A stretch of 64,000 bases of DNA. It comes from a bacterium. Its GTDB lineage: Bacteria; RBG-13-61-14; DATKZS01. Positions 19,196-29,176 of the stretch are shown piece by piece. Position numbers and translations under genes: made by a program. The notes below the pieces were generated by a model. The model was not told the origin of the DNA. It made no database searches and worked only from the letters and a program-made list of their open reading frames with translations. The DNA lies in NCBI GenBank assembly GCA_035527835.1, contig DATKZS010000116.1, positions 19,984-83,983 on the forward strand. Reading direction: 5' to 3'. Position 1 is the first letter of the stretch; each line of letters opens with the position of its first letter.

Positions 19196-20220
19196 TTTCT
19201 CTCTCCCGCGGCCCGGCGCCAGGCCGCGTCCAGGAGCCCGGCCAGTCCGCGCGGCGCCGTCATCATCACGATGATCAGGACCGCGCCGAAGATCAGCATC
19301 TCGTAGTCCTCGAACACGGTCAGGAACTGCGGAAGCACGTCGAGCAGGCCCACGCCCAACAGCGCCCCCCAGATGCTCCCCATGCCGCCCACCACCACCA
19401 TGGTCACCAGCTTGACCGAGAACATGAACCCGAACGGCGACGGGTTCACGTGGGTGATGTAGTGCGCGTACAGCGTCCCCGCCACCGAGGCGTACATGGC
19501 GCTGATCGAGAAGACCATGAGCTTCATGCGCATCACCGGGACGCCGGAGGCCGCGGCCGCGGTCTCGTCGGCCCGGATGGCCCGGAGCGCGCGGCCCAGA
19601 CGCGAGTGGACCAGGTGGATGGCCAGGAGCGTGAGCGCAATGACCACCAGCCACACCGCGTAATAATAGCTCAAGGTGTTGGGGTCGAGATCGCGGCCCA
19701 GGATCCGGAAGTAGGGCACCGACAATCCGGTCGGCCCGCCGGTCAGCGCGATCTCCTCGATGAACACGATCTGGATGATGATGCCCAGCCCCAGGGTGGC
19801 CATGGCCAGGTAATGGCCCTTGAGCTTCAGCGTGGGAATGCCCACAATGAGCGCCAGCGCGCCGGTGAAGGCCGCGGCGAAGGCGGCGGCGGCGATCATG
19901 TGCTGCGCGGTGAAATGCTGGAAAGCGCCGGCGGCCGCCACCGCGAACTCCGGCATCCAGGAGAATTCCCCGAGCCAGGCGGTGAGCTCATGCCGCGGCG
20001 ACGTCAGGATCAGCGACATGTAAGCGCCGATGCCGTAGAAGGCGGCGTGGCCGAGCGAGATCTGCCCGGCGTAGCCCATTACCAGGTTCAAGCCCAGCGC
20101 CAGGATGATGTGGATGGCGATGATGGTGAGGACCGAGAGGTAGTAGATGTTGGAAACGAACAGCGGCAGCCCGCAGACCAGGGCCGTGATCGCGGCCAGC
20201 GCGACGTAGTCTTTCTTCAT
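19192..20220 (-). CDS. livM: HAAT-family ABC transporter permease
   Basis: GYAGQISLGHAAFYGIGAY, LKGHYLAMATLGL, SRLGRALRAIR, GGMGSIWG. Confidence 0.92.
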   Translation of the reverse strand: MKKDYVALAAITALVCGLPLFVSNIYYLSVLTIIAIHIILALGLNLVMGYAGQISLGHAAFYGIGAYMSLILTSPRHELTAWLGEFSWMPEFAVAAAGAFQHFTAQHMIAAAAFAAAFTGALALIVGIPTLKLKGHYLAMATLGLGIIIQIVFIEEIALTGGPTGLSVPYFRILGRDLDPNTLSYYYAVWLVVIALTLLAIHLVHSRLGRALRAIRADETAAAASGVPVMRMKLMVFSISAMYASVAGTLYAHYITHVNPSPFGFMFSVKLVTMVVVGGMGSIWGALLGVGLLDVLPQFLTVFEDYEMLIFGAVLIIVMMTAPRGLAGLLDAAWRRAAGERK

Positions 20221-20230
20221 GCCGCGCCCT

Positions 20231-21118
20231 TTAGGCCCTCTCACCCGCCGCCTCCCCCAGGAGGCCGCGCGGCCGGACGAAGAGCATGAGCAGCATCACC
20301 ACGAAGGCGAAGGCGTCCATGTAACCGGACGACACGTGGGTGCCGAACAGGGTCTCGAGCACGCCGATGAGCAGGCCGCCGAGCACCGCGCCGTAGATCG
20401 AGCCCATGCCGCCCAGGATGGCGGCGCAGAAGCCCTTGAGCCCGATCAGCGTCCCCACCTGGTAGTTGGCGAAGATCAGCGGCGTGATGATGACGCCGGC
20501 CAGCGCGCCCAGCCCGCCGGAGAGGGCGAAGGTGATGAGCACCATCCAGCGCACGTTGATGCCCATCAAAGAGGACGCGGTGCGGTTATGGGCGCAGGCC
20601 CGGAGCGCTTTGCCGGTGATGGTCCGGGAGAAGAACTGGTGGAGCACGATGACCGCCGCCAGCGTCGCGCCCCACACCCACAGGCTTTGCGGGGTCACCG
20701 CGGCCGACCCCAGGTGGATCGGCTCGGTGCCGGTGAAGGCCCGGAGCGGATGGCTGTCCTTGCCCCAGATCAGCATGGCCGCCCCCTTGAAAAAGATGGA
20801 CCCGCCGATGGTGATGATGATCAGGTTGATCACGGTGGGCGACTTGAGCGGATGGATGGTCACGGCCTCGAACAGGGCCCCGATCAGGACGCCCGCGGCC
20901 ACCGCTCCCGGCACCGCCGCCCACAGCGGCAGGTGGAAACTGCTGGCCAGGCTGATCGCGATCAGCCCGCCCAGCATGGCGAACTCGCCCTGCGCGAAGT
21001 TGAGGATGTCGGTGGAGTTATAGATGATGGTGAAACCGATGGCGATCAGGGCGTAGATGCTGCCCCGCGTCAGCCCGTTCATCAGGCACTGCGGCAAGGA
21101 GGAGATGAAAAAATCCAC
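20231..21118 (-). CDS. livH: HAAT-family ABC transporter permease
   Basis: NGLTRGSIYALIAIGFT, LNFAQGE, KGFCAAILGGMGS, RPRGLLG; GTG start with GGAGAG. Confidence 0.92.
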   Translation of the reverse strand: MDFFISSLPQCLMNGLTRGSIYALIAIGFTIIYNSTDILNFAQGEFAMLGGLIAISLASSFHLPLWAAVPGAVAAGVLIGALFEAVTIHPLKSPTVINLIIITIGGSIFFKGAAMLIWGKDSHPLRAFTGTEPIHLGSAAVTPQSLWVWGATLAAVIVLHQFFSRTITGKALRACAHNRTASSLMGINVRWMVLITFALSGGLGALAGVIITPLIFANYQVGTLIGLKGFCAAILGGMGSIYGAVLGGLLIGVLETLFGTHVSSGYMDAFAFVVMLLMLFVRPRGLLGEAAGERA

Positions 21119-21133
21119 GGCGCTCTCCAAAAA

Positions 21134-21227
21134 GAATATAGAATACGGAATGCGGAATATAGAATAAGACGGCGGGCCGCGCGGCGGAGACAATTCTATA
21201 TTCTACATTCTATATTCTATATTCTCT
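21134..21227. repeat. Inverted pair of heptamer tandem arrays
   Basis: Five GAATATA-like units (21134-21168) facing five ATTCTAT-like units (21193-21227). Confidence 0.85.
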
Positions 21228-21241
21228 AATCCGGAGCGGGG

Positions 21242-21269
21242 AAGGGGCCCGGACCCCGCCGGGCCCCTT
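21242..21269 (-). terminator. GC-rich hairpin downstream of livK (partial terminator or mRNA-stabilising stem)
   Basis: AAGGGGCCCGG-6 nt-CCGGGCCCCTT, 11-bp stem. Confidence 0.55.
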
Positions 21270-21286
21270 GCGCCCGCGTTCCTTTT

Positions 21287-22507
21287 TTATTCGCTCGAGA
21301 GCTTCCAGTCCTTGTTTTCGATCTTGATCATGACGAAGGCGTCCTTGGTGAGGCCGTTATGGTCGGCGGCGCTCATGTTGAAGATGCCTCCGGTGCCGAC
21401 GAAGCCGTGGACCTGCTCCAGCGCGTCGCGGACCTTGGCGGGATCGTCGGTCCCGGCCATTTCCATGGCCTTGACCAGGATGGTCAGGGCGTCATAGGCA
21501 TGGCCGCCGAAGGTGGAGACGGGCCCGAACCGTGACTCGAACTCGTTTTTGTACGTGACGAGCATGGCCTTCTGGGGGTCGGAGTCGGGGAGCTGGTCGG
21601 CCACGATCAGCCGGCCGGCGGGCAGGATCTGGCCGTCGGCGGCGTCGCCGCAGAGCTCGATGAATTTCTTGGAGGCCACGCCGTGGCTCTGCACGATGAG
21701 CAGGGTCAGCCCGAGCTCCTTGGCGTTCTGGACCACGACCGCGGGGGCCTTCTGGATGGACCATACCACGATGGCCTGGGCGTCGGTGCCCTTGATCTTG
21801 GTGAGCTGCGCCTTCATGTCCACGTCGTCCTGCCCAAAGCGCTCGTCGGCCGTGATGGTGATGTTGAAGTTGGGCGCGAGGCGGAGGAGCTCGCCGCGGC
21901 CGGAGTCGCCGTAGCCGTTGGACACGGTCATGATGGCGATCTTGGAGATCTGGTGCTTGTTGAAATAGTCGTAGATTCTCTCGACGGCCATGGAGTCGGA
22001 CTGGGGCGTCTTGAAGATCCACTTGCGGGCCTGGCCATTCTCGTCGGTGACGATCTTGTAGCTGGCCGCGCAGGAAATGAGCGGGATCTGCGTATTATTG
22101 ATGGTGTCGAGGATGGCGAACGAGGTCCCCGAAGTGGTCGGCCCGATGATGGCCTTGACCATGTCGTTGGCGATCAGACGCTTGGTGTAGGTGACGGTTT
22201 TGGTCTCGTCGCCCTCGTCATCATAGATGATCACCTGGAGGGGATGGCCGTTCACGCCGCCCTTTTGGTTGATCTTTTCCACCAGCATCTCCACGGTCTG
22301 CTTCTCGGGCAGCCCGAGCGAGCTGGCCGGGCCGGTCACCGCGAAGATCGCGCCCACCTTATAAGCCGCGGGAGCCGGGGCCGCCTCCGGCGCCGCCGGC
22401 TTTTCCACCGGCGCGGGAGCCGGCGCCTCCTCCTTGGGCTTGCAGCCCATCACCATGAACGCGGCCATGAAAATAAACAACAGGGTGATAATGCTTGCTC
22501 GCTTCAT
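21287..22507 (-). CDS. livK: HAAT-family ABC substrate-binding lipoprotein
   Basis: Lipobox FMVMGC; YKVGAIFAVTGPASSLG, YDDEGD, GPTTSG, YDAL; AGGAGG RBS. Confidence 0.88.
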   Translation of the reverse strand: MKRASIITLLFIFMAAFMVMGCKPKEEAPAPAPVEKPAAPEAAPAPAAYKVGAIFAVTGPASSLGLPEKQTVEMLVEKINQKGGVNGHPLQVIIYDDEGDETKTVTYTKRLIANDMVKAIIGPTTSGTSFAILDTINNTQIPLISCAASYKIVTDENGQARKWIFKTPQSDSMAVERIYDYFNKHQISKIAIMTVSNGYGDSGRGELLRLAPNFNITITADERFGQDDVDMKAQLTKIKGTDAQAIVVWSIQKAPAVVVQNAKELGLTLLIVQSHGVASKKFIELCGDAADGQILPAGRLIVADQLPDSDPQKAMLVTYKNEFESRFGPVSTFGGHAYDALTILVKAMEMAGTDDPAKVRDALEQVHGFVGTGGIFNMSAADHNGLTKDAFVMIKIENKDWKLSSE

Positions 22508-22660
22508 CAGTTTCCTCCTTTTGGGATGTGACCTGGCTTGCACGCTTGGCAAGCCGCCATTATCCGTCCCCTTGCCGGAACGCAATATTCTCCGCCGGCG
22601 CGGGCCTTTCCTGATGCCCCGCCACGACGGCCAACCGATTCATCAATAGCATTAAGCAAC

Positions 22661-22691
22661 GGGGACCGGCGGCCTTCTCCCGCCGGTCCCC
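22661..22691 (-). terminator. Hairpin downstream of the porin gene
   Basis: GGGGACCGGCGG-7 nt-CCGCCGGTCCCC, 12-bp stem; weak U-tract on the minus strand. Confidence 0.55.
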
Positions 22692-22701
22692 GAAGGGCCG
22701 C

Positions 22702-24072
22702 TTAGAATATGTACCAGAAGCTCAGCGTGTAGCGGTTGACCACGCCGTTGTCAAACTGGCGGTGCGGAATTCCGGGGCCAGGGCCGCCAGCCGCCGCGGT
22801 GACGTGCTTGGCCGTGGCATTCTCGTACTCGCTGATGACCTGGAGCCATTCCATAGTGATCATGGTGGAGGAGGTCACGTTGTAGCCGACGTTGGCGAAC
22901 CACATCTGGTTCTTGGTGATGGCGAGGTCGCCGGGCATTCCGTAGTAACCGGGCTTGAGCGTGGCCAGGCGGAGCTGGTTGTCGCTCACATCGTCCAACC
23001 CCCAGCCGCCGTTGATCTTGACATTGTCCATGGGCTTGAGCTCGATGTCGGCCCATCCGCCGGAGCAGTGCAGCGGCTCGATGTCGCCGTGGCGGTTCAT
23101 GAGCCATCCGTTCTCCTGGGCGCCGGTGATCCAGCCGTCCAGGTTGGCGCCCTCGAAATACTCGCCGCCGATGGCGATGGCATCGCCGATGGGCACCTTG
23201 ATGGAGACGTTGTTCGAGTAGCTGTTGACCCTTTCGCCGAAGTGGCCCAAATTCCCGCGGCGGGTGCTCTGGATTTCCTCTTCCGCCCAGTGGCCGGTGT
23301 ACGCGATCATGAGCCCTTCGCTCGCATAGGTGATGCCGTACTCGTAGGCGGGTGCTCCGAAGGCGCGTCCGGTGTCAACGTCGAAGCCGAAGGCCTCGGG
23401 GTCGCCCAGCTTGTTGTCGAAGGCCACTTCCAGCTTGAGCTTCTTGTCCAGGGCATAGCCGGTGAGGCGGATCTGGGGAGTGCGGTATCCGAGGCTCCCG
23501 ATGTCCGCGCCGTAGGGATAGTTGCCGGTGAGCATGGGGAAGATGGGGCTGATGACCATCCACTCGTTGCCGGCGAGCACGCTCCAGTTGTCGCCCATGA
23601 TCTCGACGTAGGCCCGGCGCAGCCGGAGCTCGCCCGAGTTCTCGATCGGGTCCTGGTTACTGGACGCCTTGCGGCCTGGATCATAGCCGTAGAAGTCCAT
23701 TTCCAGGCGGGCCCGGGTGGTGATCCCGCCGTCGGTCTGGGGGCCGGTGATCAGGAACCCGAACCGGCTCTGGCGCGCGGTCATGCCGAAGGCGTCCGCG
23801 TCCCGGTTCTCCTGCTCGTCCCCGCGGGGCCGCCGGATCGTAGAGGTGGCGCTGCCGTAGGCGGCATTGTTGGGGAAGCCAACATAATTTCCGGGAGGCG
23901 CGTTCAGAATGAAGTCAAGCCCCGGGAACGCGTACCCCATCTGGTAGATCGCATCCAGTTTCACGTAGCCGTAAAAGTCAACGTCGTACTTGGACTTGAC
24001 TTCGCCGGCCCCCGCTAAAAGCGGGCACAACAGAGCCGCCATCAAAACCACTAACCAAACCTTTTTACCCAT
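22702..24072 (-). CDS. DcaP-like outer-membrane porin
   Basis: Signal peptide; VDFYGYVKLD, RQSRFG and LRLRRAY motifs; alternating aromatic beta-strands; C-terminal Phe; GGAGGAG RBS. Confidence 0.75.
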   Translation of the reverse strand: MGKKVWLVVLMAALLCPLLAGAGEVKSKYDVDFYGYVKLDAIYQMGYAFPGLDFILNAPPGNYVGFPNNAAYGSATSTIRRPRGDEQENRDADAFGMTARQSRFGFLITGPQTDGGITTRARLEMDFYGYDPGRKASSNQDPIENSGELRLRRAYVEIMGDNWSVLAGNEWMVISPIFPMLTGNYPYGADIGSLGYRTPQIRLTGYALDKKLKLEVAFDNKLGDPEAFGFDVDTGRAFGAPAYEYGITYASEGLMIAYTGHWAEEEIQSTRRGNLGHFGERVNSYSNNVSIKVPIGDAIAIGGEYFEGANLDGWITGAQENGWLMNRHGDIEPLHCSGGWADIELKPMDNVKINGGWGLDDVSDNQLRLATLKPGYYGMPGDLAITKNQMWFANVGYNVTSSTMITMEWLQVISEYENATAKHVTAAAGGPGPGIPHRQFDNGVVNRYTLSFWYIF

Positions 24073-24178
24073 TACCTTTCTCCTCCTTTTTCTGTTGCCT
24101 GTAAATATGGGCTGCGCCGATGCCGGTGCATAATGGCCATCTTCGCACCCTTCCAACCACTTGTCCGCCCGATCCGAT

Positions 24179-24361
24179 GGTAGGCCCGACACTCTTGTCG
24201 GGCCGGCGCGGGACAAGAGTGTCCCGCCTACTACTCGATGGTGGGCCCGACACTCTTGTCGGGCCAGAGCGGGACAGGAGTGTCCCGCCTACCTTGCACG
24301 GGGTGGGACCGGAGTGTCCCGCCTACCTTGCACGGAGCGGGACCGGAGTGTCCCGCCCACC
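24179..24361. repeat. BIME-like cluster of six GTAG/GTGG-type REP units
   Basis: GGTAGGCCCGACACTCTTGTCGGGCC-type units at 24179 and 24240; GCGGGAC(A/C)(A/G)GAGTGTCCCGCC(T/C)AC-type units at 24208, 24269, 24303 and 24337; the last two lie in a 34-bp tandem. Confidence 0.85.
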
Positions 24362-24363
24362 AT

Positions 24364-25698
24364 TCAGATGCGCCTCTTATCTACCACTCTTACGGCCTTG
24401 CCCTCGAACCGTTGGATGGTCCGCGGCTCGACCAGCTTGACTTTGGCCCCCACCTGGTAGAGGTCCTTGATCTCCTTGGCAATGAATTCCTGGAGGCTTT
24501 GCAATTTCTGGACCTCGTCGCTCATCATCTTCTCGTTGACCTCGATCTGGATCTCCAGGGTGTCCAGGTTGTTCACCCGGTCCACGATGATCTGATAGTG
24601 CGGCGCCACGCCCTCGACCTTCATCAGCAGGTCCTCGATCTGGCTGGGGAACAGGTTCACGCCCCGCACTATGATCATGTCGTCGTTTCTGCCCATCACC
24701 TTCTCGATGCGCCTCCCGGTGCGCCCGCACTTGCACCTGCCCGGCAAGAACCGCGTCACGTCGCGGGTCCGGTAGCGCAGCAGCGGGAAGGCCTCCTTGT
24801 TGATGGTGGTCACCACCAGCTCGCCCTTGGCGCCCTCGGGTACCGGCTTTTGCGTCGCCGGATCAATGATCTCATAAATAAAGCTGTCCTCGAACAGGTG
24901 CAGCCCGTCCTTGTGCAGGCATTCGCCGGCCACCCCGGGCCCCATCACCTCGGACAGCCCGTAATTGTCGGTCGCCACGATCGGCAGCTTCTCCTCGAGC
25001 TCCCGGCGCATCCGCTCCGACCAGGCCTCCGCCCCGAACAGGCCCCAGCGCAGCGCGAGGCCCTTGGGCTCCGCCCCCATCTCCGCCATGCTCTCGGCCA
25101 GGTACAGCGCGTAGCTCGGGGTGCAGATCAGGGCCGTGCTCTTGTAGTCCTGCATGATCATGATCTGCTTCCGGGTGTTGCCGGAGGACATGGGGATCAC
25201 GGTGGCGCCGATCTTTTCCGCGCCGTAGTGGTGGCCGAAGGCGCCGGTGAACAGGCCGTAGGCGAAGGCGATCTGGAGAATGTCGTCCTTGCTGATGCCG
25301 GCCATGGTATGGACGCGGGCCATGAGGTCGGCCCAATTATCGAGGTCGTTTCTGGTATAGCCGACCACGGTGGGCTTGCCGGTGGTGCCGGACGAGCTGT
25401 GCACCCGCACCACGTCGCGCATGGGCACGGCGAACATTCCGTAAGGATAATTGTCGCGCAGGTCCTGCTTGGTGGTGAAGGGGAGCGCGGACAGGTCGGA
25501 GAGGTCCTTGATCCCGTCAGGGTCCATGCCGTGTTTCTCAAAGAGCCGCCGGTAAAACGTGACGTTTCTGGAAACGCGGTGTATGGTCGCTTGCAGACGC
25601 TCGAGCTGGAGCTGGGCGAGCTCGCCTTGCTCCATGGTCTCGAACTTCGGGTTCCAGATTCGATGATGTTCAGGTCGGATTTCCACTGCTTCTACCAA
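24364..25698 (-). CDS. paaK: Phenylacetate-CoA ligase family protein (paralog 1)
   Basis: [62 protein letters not shown]; start uncertain. Confidence 0.9.
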   Translation of the reverse strand: MVEAVEIRPEHHRIWNPKFETMEQGELAQLQLERLQATIHRVSRNVTFYRRLFEKHGMDPDGIKDLSDLSALPFTTKQDLRDNYPYGMFAVPMRDVVRVHSSSGTTGKPTVVGYTRNDLDNWADLMARVHTMAGISKDDILQIAFAYGLFTGAFGHHYGAEKIGATVIPMSSGNTRKQIMIMQDYKSTALICTPSYALYLAESMAEMGAEPKGLALRWGLFGAEAWSERMRRELEEKLPIVATDNYGLSEVMGPGVAGECLHKDGLHLFEDSFIYEIIDPATQKPVPEGAKGELVVTTINKEAFPLLRYRTRDVTRFLPGRCKCGRTGRRIEKVMGRNDDMIIVRGVNLFPSQIEDLLMKVEGVAPHYQIIVDRVNNLDTLEIQIEVNEKMMSDEVQKLQSLQEFIAKEIKDLYQVGAKVKLVEPRTIQRFEGKAVRVVDKRRI

Positions 25699-25739
25699 CC
25701 TTGCTGACTCACTTACCGACTCGAATTCAGGGCCAATGT

Positions 25740-25768
25740 ATTCTAAGCGCCGGGCAACATGATGTCAA
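25740..25768 (-). promoter_or_regulatory. Putative sigma70 promoter for paaK paralog 1
   Basis: Minus strand TTGACA-17 nt-TAGAAT. Confidence 0.6.
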
Positions 25769-25861
25769 ACCTGGCGCAGCGCCGGCGCTTGGCCGGCAAA
25801 ACGCGCCGGCCAGCGGCGGGCGCTAGAGATCAATACCAAGATGCCGCCGGGCCGGCGGCGC

Positions 25862-26143
25862 TACAACTGGTTTCATCACCCGCACCATTGTCCCCGACCC
25901 GAAGATAAGAAACAATGATGTCAAGGATTTCAAGGATAAATCCAGGGGTTTTTCTTATCCTGATTATCCTTAATATCCTTGTTTCTTTTTCTTGAGCCTC
26001 TTGCAAAAAGATTCCGGGGGGTAGCGCCGGCATCTTGCCGGCAACGTAACCCCCTAATATTACTGGTGCCTGTTTTTGCCGCCAAGATGGCGGCGCTACA
26101 TTTTGCAAGAGGCTCTCTTGAAAGGGTTATGAAACCAGCTCTA
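25862..26143. mobile_element. MITE-like element A, copy 1 (carries a nested insertion)
   Basis: Imperfect terminal inverted repeats (TACAACTGGTTTCATCACCC ... GGGTTATGAAACCAGCTCTA); internal nonamer hairpin nearly identical to the copy at 33626-33780. Confidence 0.7.
25994..26115. mobile_element. MITE-like element B (122 bp) with 15-bp TIR and 4-bp TSD, enclosing a REP pair
   Basis: Perfect TIR GAGCCTCTTGCAAAA (25994-26008 / 26101-26115); TCTT on both sides; internal GTAGCGCCGGCATCTTGCCGGC and GCCGCCAAGATGGCGGCGCTAC. Confidence 0.8.
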
Positions 26144-26578
26144 CTTTTCCAGCGTCAGCACTTCCTCGTTCGTCAGCACCTTGACCCCCGTGCCCGCCAG
26201 CGCCTGGATCGCCTGGTCCGGGTCGTCGAAGCGGAACACCAGGATGGCCGTGCCCTCCCGCTTGGCCACGAAAGCGTACATGTACTCGACATTGAGGCCC
26301 CGACTCACGAACACCTCCAGCACCTTGGCCAGCGCCCCCGGGTTGTCCTTCACCTCGATGGCCAGAACGTCGGTGGTCGTCACCGTGAAGCCGGATTCCT
26401 TCAAGAACTTTATGCCCCGCTCCCAGTCCGCCACGATCATCCGCACCACCCCGAACTCCCGCGTCTCCGCGATCGTCATCGCCATGATGTTGATCCCGGC
26501 GCCGCCCAGGGACTTGGCCACCGACGCCAGCCGGCCCGGCTGGTTCTCCACGAACACCGAAAGCTGCTTGACCTTCAT
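26141..26578 (-). CDS. Tandem ACT-domain protein
   Basis: MKVKQLSVFVENQPGRL..; second ACT KDNPGALAKVL..NVEYMYAF; a family commonly found next to paaK. Confidence 0.9.
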   Translation of the reverse strand: MKVKQLSVFVENQPGRLASVAKSLGGAGINIMAMTIAETREFGVVRMIVADWERGIKFLKESGFTVTTTDVLAIEVKDNPGALAKVLEVFVSRGLNVEYMYAFVAKREGTAILVFRFDDPDQAIQALAGTGVKVLTNEEVLTLEK

Positions 26579-26626
26579 CTCTCCCCTCCTCCAATCATGC
26601 AGGAGCGACTTCAGTCGCGACCCGCT

Positions 26627-26737
26627 CGAATGTCGTAGCTCGAATGTCGTAGCGCGAATGTCGTAGCGCGAATGTCGTAGCGCGGAGGAAGCGTGGATCT
26701 TCACGCCATTCGCTCTCCGCCCTACGCTATTCGTCGC
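26627..26737. repeat. 14-bp tandem repeat x4 with a complementary heptamer arm
   Basis: CGAATGTCGTAGC(T/G) at 26627, 26641, 26655 and 26669; ATTCGCT/CTACGCT-like arm at about 26708-26737. Confidence 0.85.
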
Positions 26738-26738
26738 T

Positions 26739-28040
26739 TCAGATCTTCCGCTTGTCTATCACCCTCTTGGCCTTGCCCTCGCTCCGCGCGATGCTCCGCG
26801 GCTCCGTGAGCTTCACCTTCGCGTTCACTCCCAGGTAGTCCTTGATGTCGTGCTCGATCTTCCTGGTGAGCGAGTCAAGCTCCTTCATCTCGTCCGAGAA
26901 CAGCTTCTCGCTCATCTCGATCTGGACCTCCATCACGTCCAGGTTGTTCACCCGGTCCACGATGATCTGGTAGTGCGGCTCCAGGCCCTCCACGTCCAAA
27001 AGCACGTGCTCGATCTGGCTCGGGAACACGTTCACGCCCCGGATGATCAGCATGTCGTCCGTCCGCCCCGTGACCCGGCTCATCCGGGCCGCGGTCCGGC
27101 CGCATACGCACCGCTCCTGGTTCAACGAGCTCAGGTCCCGCGTCCGGTAGCGGATCAGCGGGAAGGCCTCCTTGGTCAGCGTCGTGAACACCAGCTCGCC
27201 CTTCTCGCCCGGCTTAAGCGCCGCCCCCGTCTGCGGGTTGATGATCTCCACCAGGAAATGGTCCTCGTAAACGTGCGGGCCGCTCTGCCCCTCCACGCAC
27301 TCGCACGAGACCCCCGGACCCATCACCTCCGACAGGCCGTAGATGTCAATCGCCTTGATCGAAAGCCGCTTCTCGATCTCGGAGCGCATGTTCTCGCTCC
27401 ACGGCTCGGCCCCGAGAACGCCGACCTTGAGCGGAAGCTTTTTCCAGTCCACCCCCAGCTTGTCCCCGACCTCGGCCAGGTTCAGGGCATAGGACGGGGT
27501 GCAGCAGATCACGTCCGGGCCGAAGTCAACCAGCAGCATGATCTGGCGCTGCGTCTGCCCGCCCGACACCGGAACCACCGTGGCCCCCAGCCGCTCCGCC
27601 CCGTAATGCGCCCCCAGGCCGCCCGTGAACAGCCCGTAGCCGTAAGCGTTGTGGATGATGCTCCGGGGCGTCGCGCCCGCCGACACGAACGACCGCGCCA
27701 TCAGCTCCGCCCACATCGCGATGTCCTTCCTGGTGTACCCCGCCACCGTGGGCTTGCCCGTGGTCCCCGAGCTCGCGTGGATCCGAACCACCTTGTTCAT
27801 GGGCACCGCGAACATCCCGAACGGGTAGTTGTCCCGCAGGTCCTGCTTCACCGTGAACGGCAGCTTCTCCACGTCCTTTAACTTCTTGATGTCCCCGGGC
27901 TTCACTCCCGCCCGGTCAAAAGACTTCTTGTAAAAGGGGACCTTGCGGTACGCCCGGTCCGCCAGCGCCTTCAGCCGCTCGAGTTGCAGGGCCTCGAGCT
28001 TCTTCCGGGGCAGCCTTTCCTCTTCGCTCCTGATCGCCAC
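26739..28040 (-). CDS. paaK: Phenylacetate-CoA ligase family protein (paralog 2)
   Basis: [56 protein letters not shown]; GGAGGA RBS before GTG 28040. Confidence 0.92.
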   Translation of the reverse strand: MAIRSEEERLPRKKLEALQLERLKALADRAYRKVPFYKKSFDRAGVKPGDIKKLKDVEKLPFTVKQDLRDNYPFGMFAVPMNKVVRIHASSGTTGKPTVAGYTRKDIAMWAELMARSFVSAGATPRSIIHNAYGYGLFTGGLGAHYGAERLGATVVPVSGGQTQRQIMLLVDFGPDVICCTPSYALNLAEVGDKLGVDWKKLPLKVGVLGAEPWSENMRSEIEKRLSIKAIDIYGLSEVMGPGVSCECVEGQSGPHVYEDHFLVEIINPQTGAALKPGEKGELVFTTLTKEAFPLIRYRTRDLSSLNQERCVCGRTAARMSRVTGRTDDMLIIRGVNVFPSQIEHVLLDVEGLEPHYQIIVDRVNNLDVMEVQIEMSEKLFSDEMKELDSLTRKIEHDIKDYLGVNAKVKLTEPRSIARSEGKAKRVIDKRKI

Positions 28041-28220
28041 GGCCAATCCTCCTTGTTATGCGTTCCATGAAAATCCGGCGGGGCCGGATGAATGACCCGA
28101 ATGAACGCATGATTAAATAATATTATCTGGAACGGGAGAGATGCGGATTTTTGTGAGGCGCGACCCCCGGCCGCCGCTGAAAACCAGCGCGCCGCCCGAC
28201 CCCCGAAATGACAGGGTTAA

Positions 28221-28248
28221 ATTATCTTGGTTTCCCGTGAAAAGTCAA
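28221..28248 (-). promoter_or_regulatory. Putative sigma70 promoter upstream of paaK paralog 2
   Basis: Minus strand TTGACT-16 nt-GATAAT. Confidence 0.4.
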
Positions 28249-28287
28249 CTGGCGGGGGAGCGGGGGAGCGGGTGTCCGGGCCGGGGA

Positions 28288-28782
28288 TCATAAAGGGATG
28301 ATTCGCGCGCTGATCCGGTCGTCTTCAATCGTGAGCACCGCCACCGATTTCGGGCCTTCCAGCGGGTCGGGACCGCAGTAGCCCGGATTGATGAACCAGA
28401 TGCCGTGAAGCTCCTCGCATACGCTGAAATGGGTATGGCCGAAGACGACCAGCCGCGGCGGTGACGGGCCTTGTGCCATCAGGGAGGCGATGGTTTGTTT
28501 GTTTTCGTTCCAGCCCAGGGTGAACATGCGGTGGGTGAGCATGGCGGGAAGGCCGGCGATTTCGATGCCGCTGGGGTCGGGCAGGAGCAGTTGGGCGAGC
28601 TCCGGCGAGGTGTCGTAGTTGCCGCGGACCCCGGTGACCGGCGCGATCCGCTCGAGCGAGCGGATCACGGCAATGTCGCCGACGTCGCCCGCGTGGATGA
28701 TCCGCTCCACGCCCTGGAAAACGCGGGCCACGCCCGCAGGCAAGAACCCGTGGGTGTCGCCGATGATCCCGATCCTTGCCAT
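28288..28782 (-). CDS. YfcE/MJ0936-family metallophosphoesterase
   Basis: GDTH, HAGD, GNYD, GHTH and NPG motifs. Confidence 0.88.
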   Translation of the reverse strand: MARIGIIGDTHGFLPAGVARVFQGVERIIHAGDVGDIAVIRSLERIAPVTGVRGNYDTSPELAQLLLPDPSGIEIAGLPAMLTHRMFTLGWNENKQTIASLMAQGPSPPRLVVFGHTHFSVCEELHGIWFINPGYCGPDPLEGPKSVAVLTIEDDRISARIIPL

Positions 28783-28848
28783 AAAATCAGGTTCTTCATT
28801 TCCCGGAGCGGGCCTGGGAAAGTAAGGTTGATGCCGTCTTGAGGCGGG

Positions 28849-28941
28849 TAGGGCGTAGAGAGTAGGGCGCAGGGCGTGGGAAACCGCTACATTGCCGCCG
28901 ATTCGATTTACGCCCTTCGCCCTTCGCTCTACGCCCTACGC
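28849..28941. repeat. Inverted pair of heptamer tandem arrays
   Basis: TAGGGCG-like x4 (28849-28876) facing CGCCCT(T/A)-like x4 (28911-28941). Confidence 0.8.
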
Positions 28942-29176
28942 GATCCGCGCCCATGTTTCCATTCTCCCGCGCGAAGAACCTTAAAATTAAAGCGCCGGCT
29001 GCCGCGCACAGGGAACACGGCCAGCCGGCTCCTCGCAACGACAGGTGGGAATTGCGAGTGCTATTTACGATACTCCATCTTGGGCCGGAGATCAAGGAAA
29101 AAAATTCTGGTTTTTCGATGCGGTCAAATATCAAAAAGCATGGCCTGGCGATTAACCGGCGCGATAAGGGGCCGCT

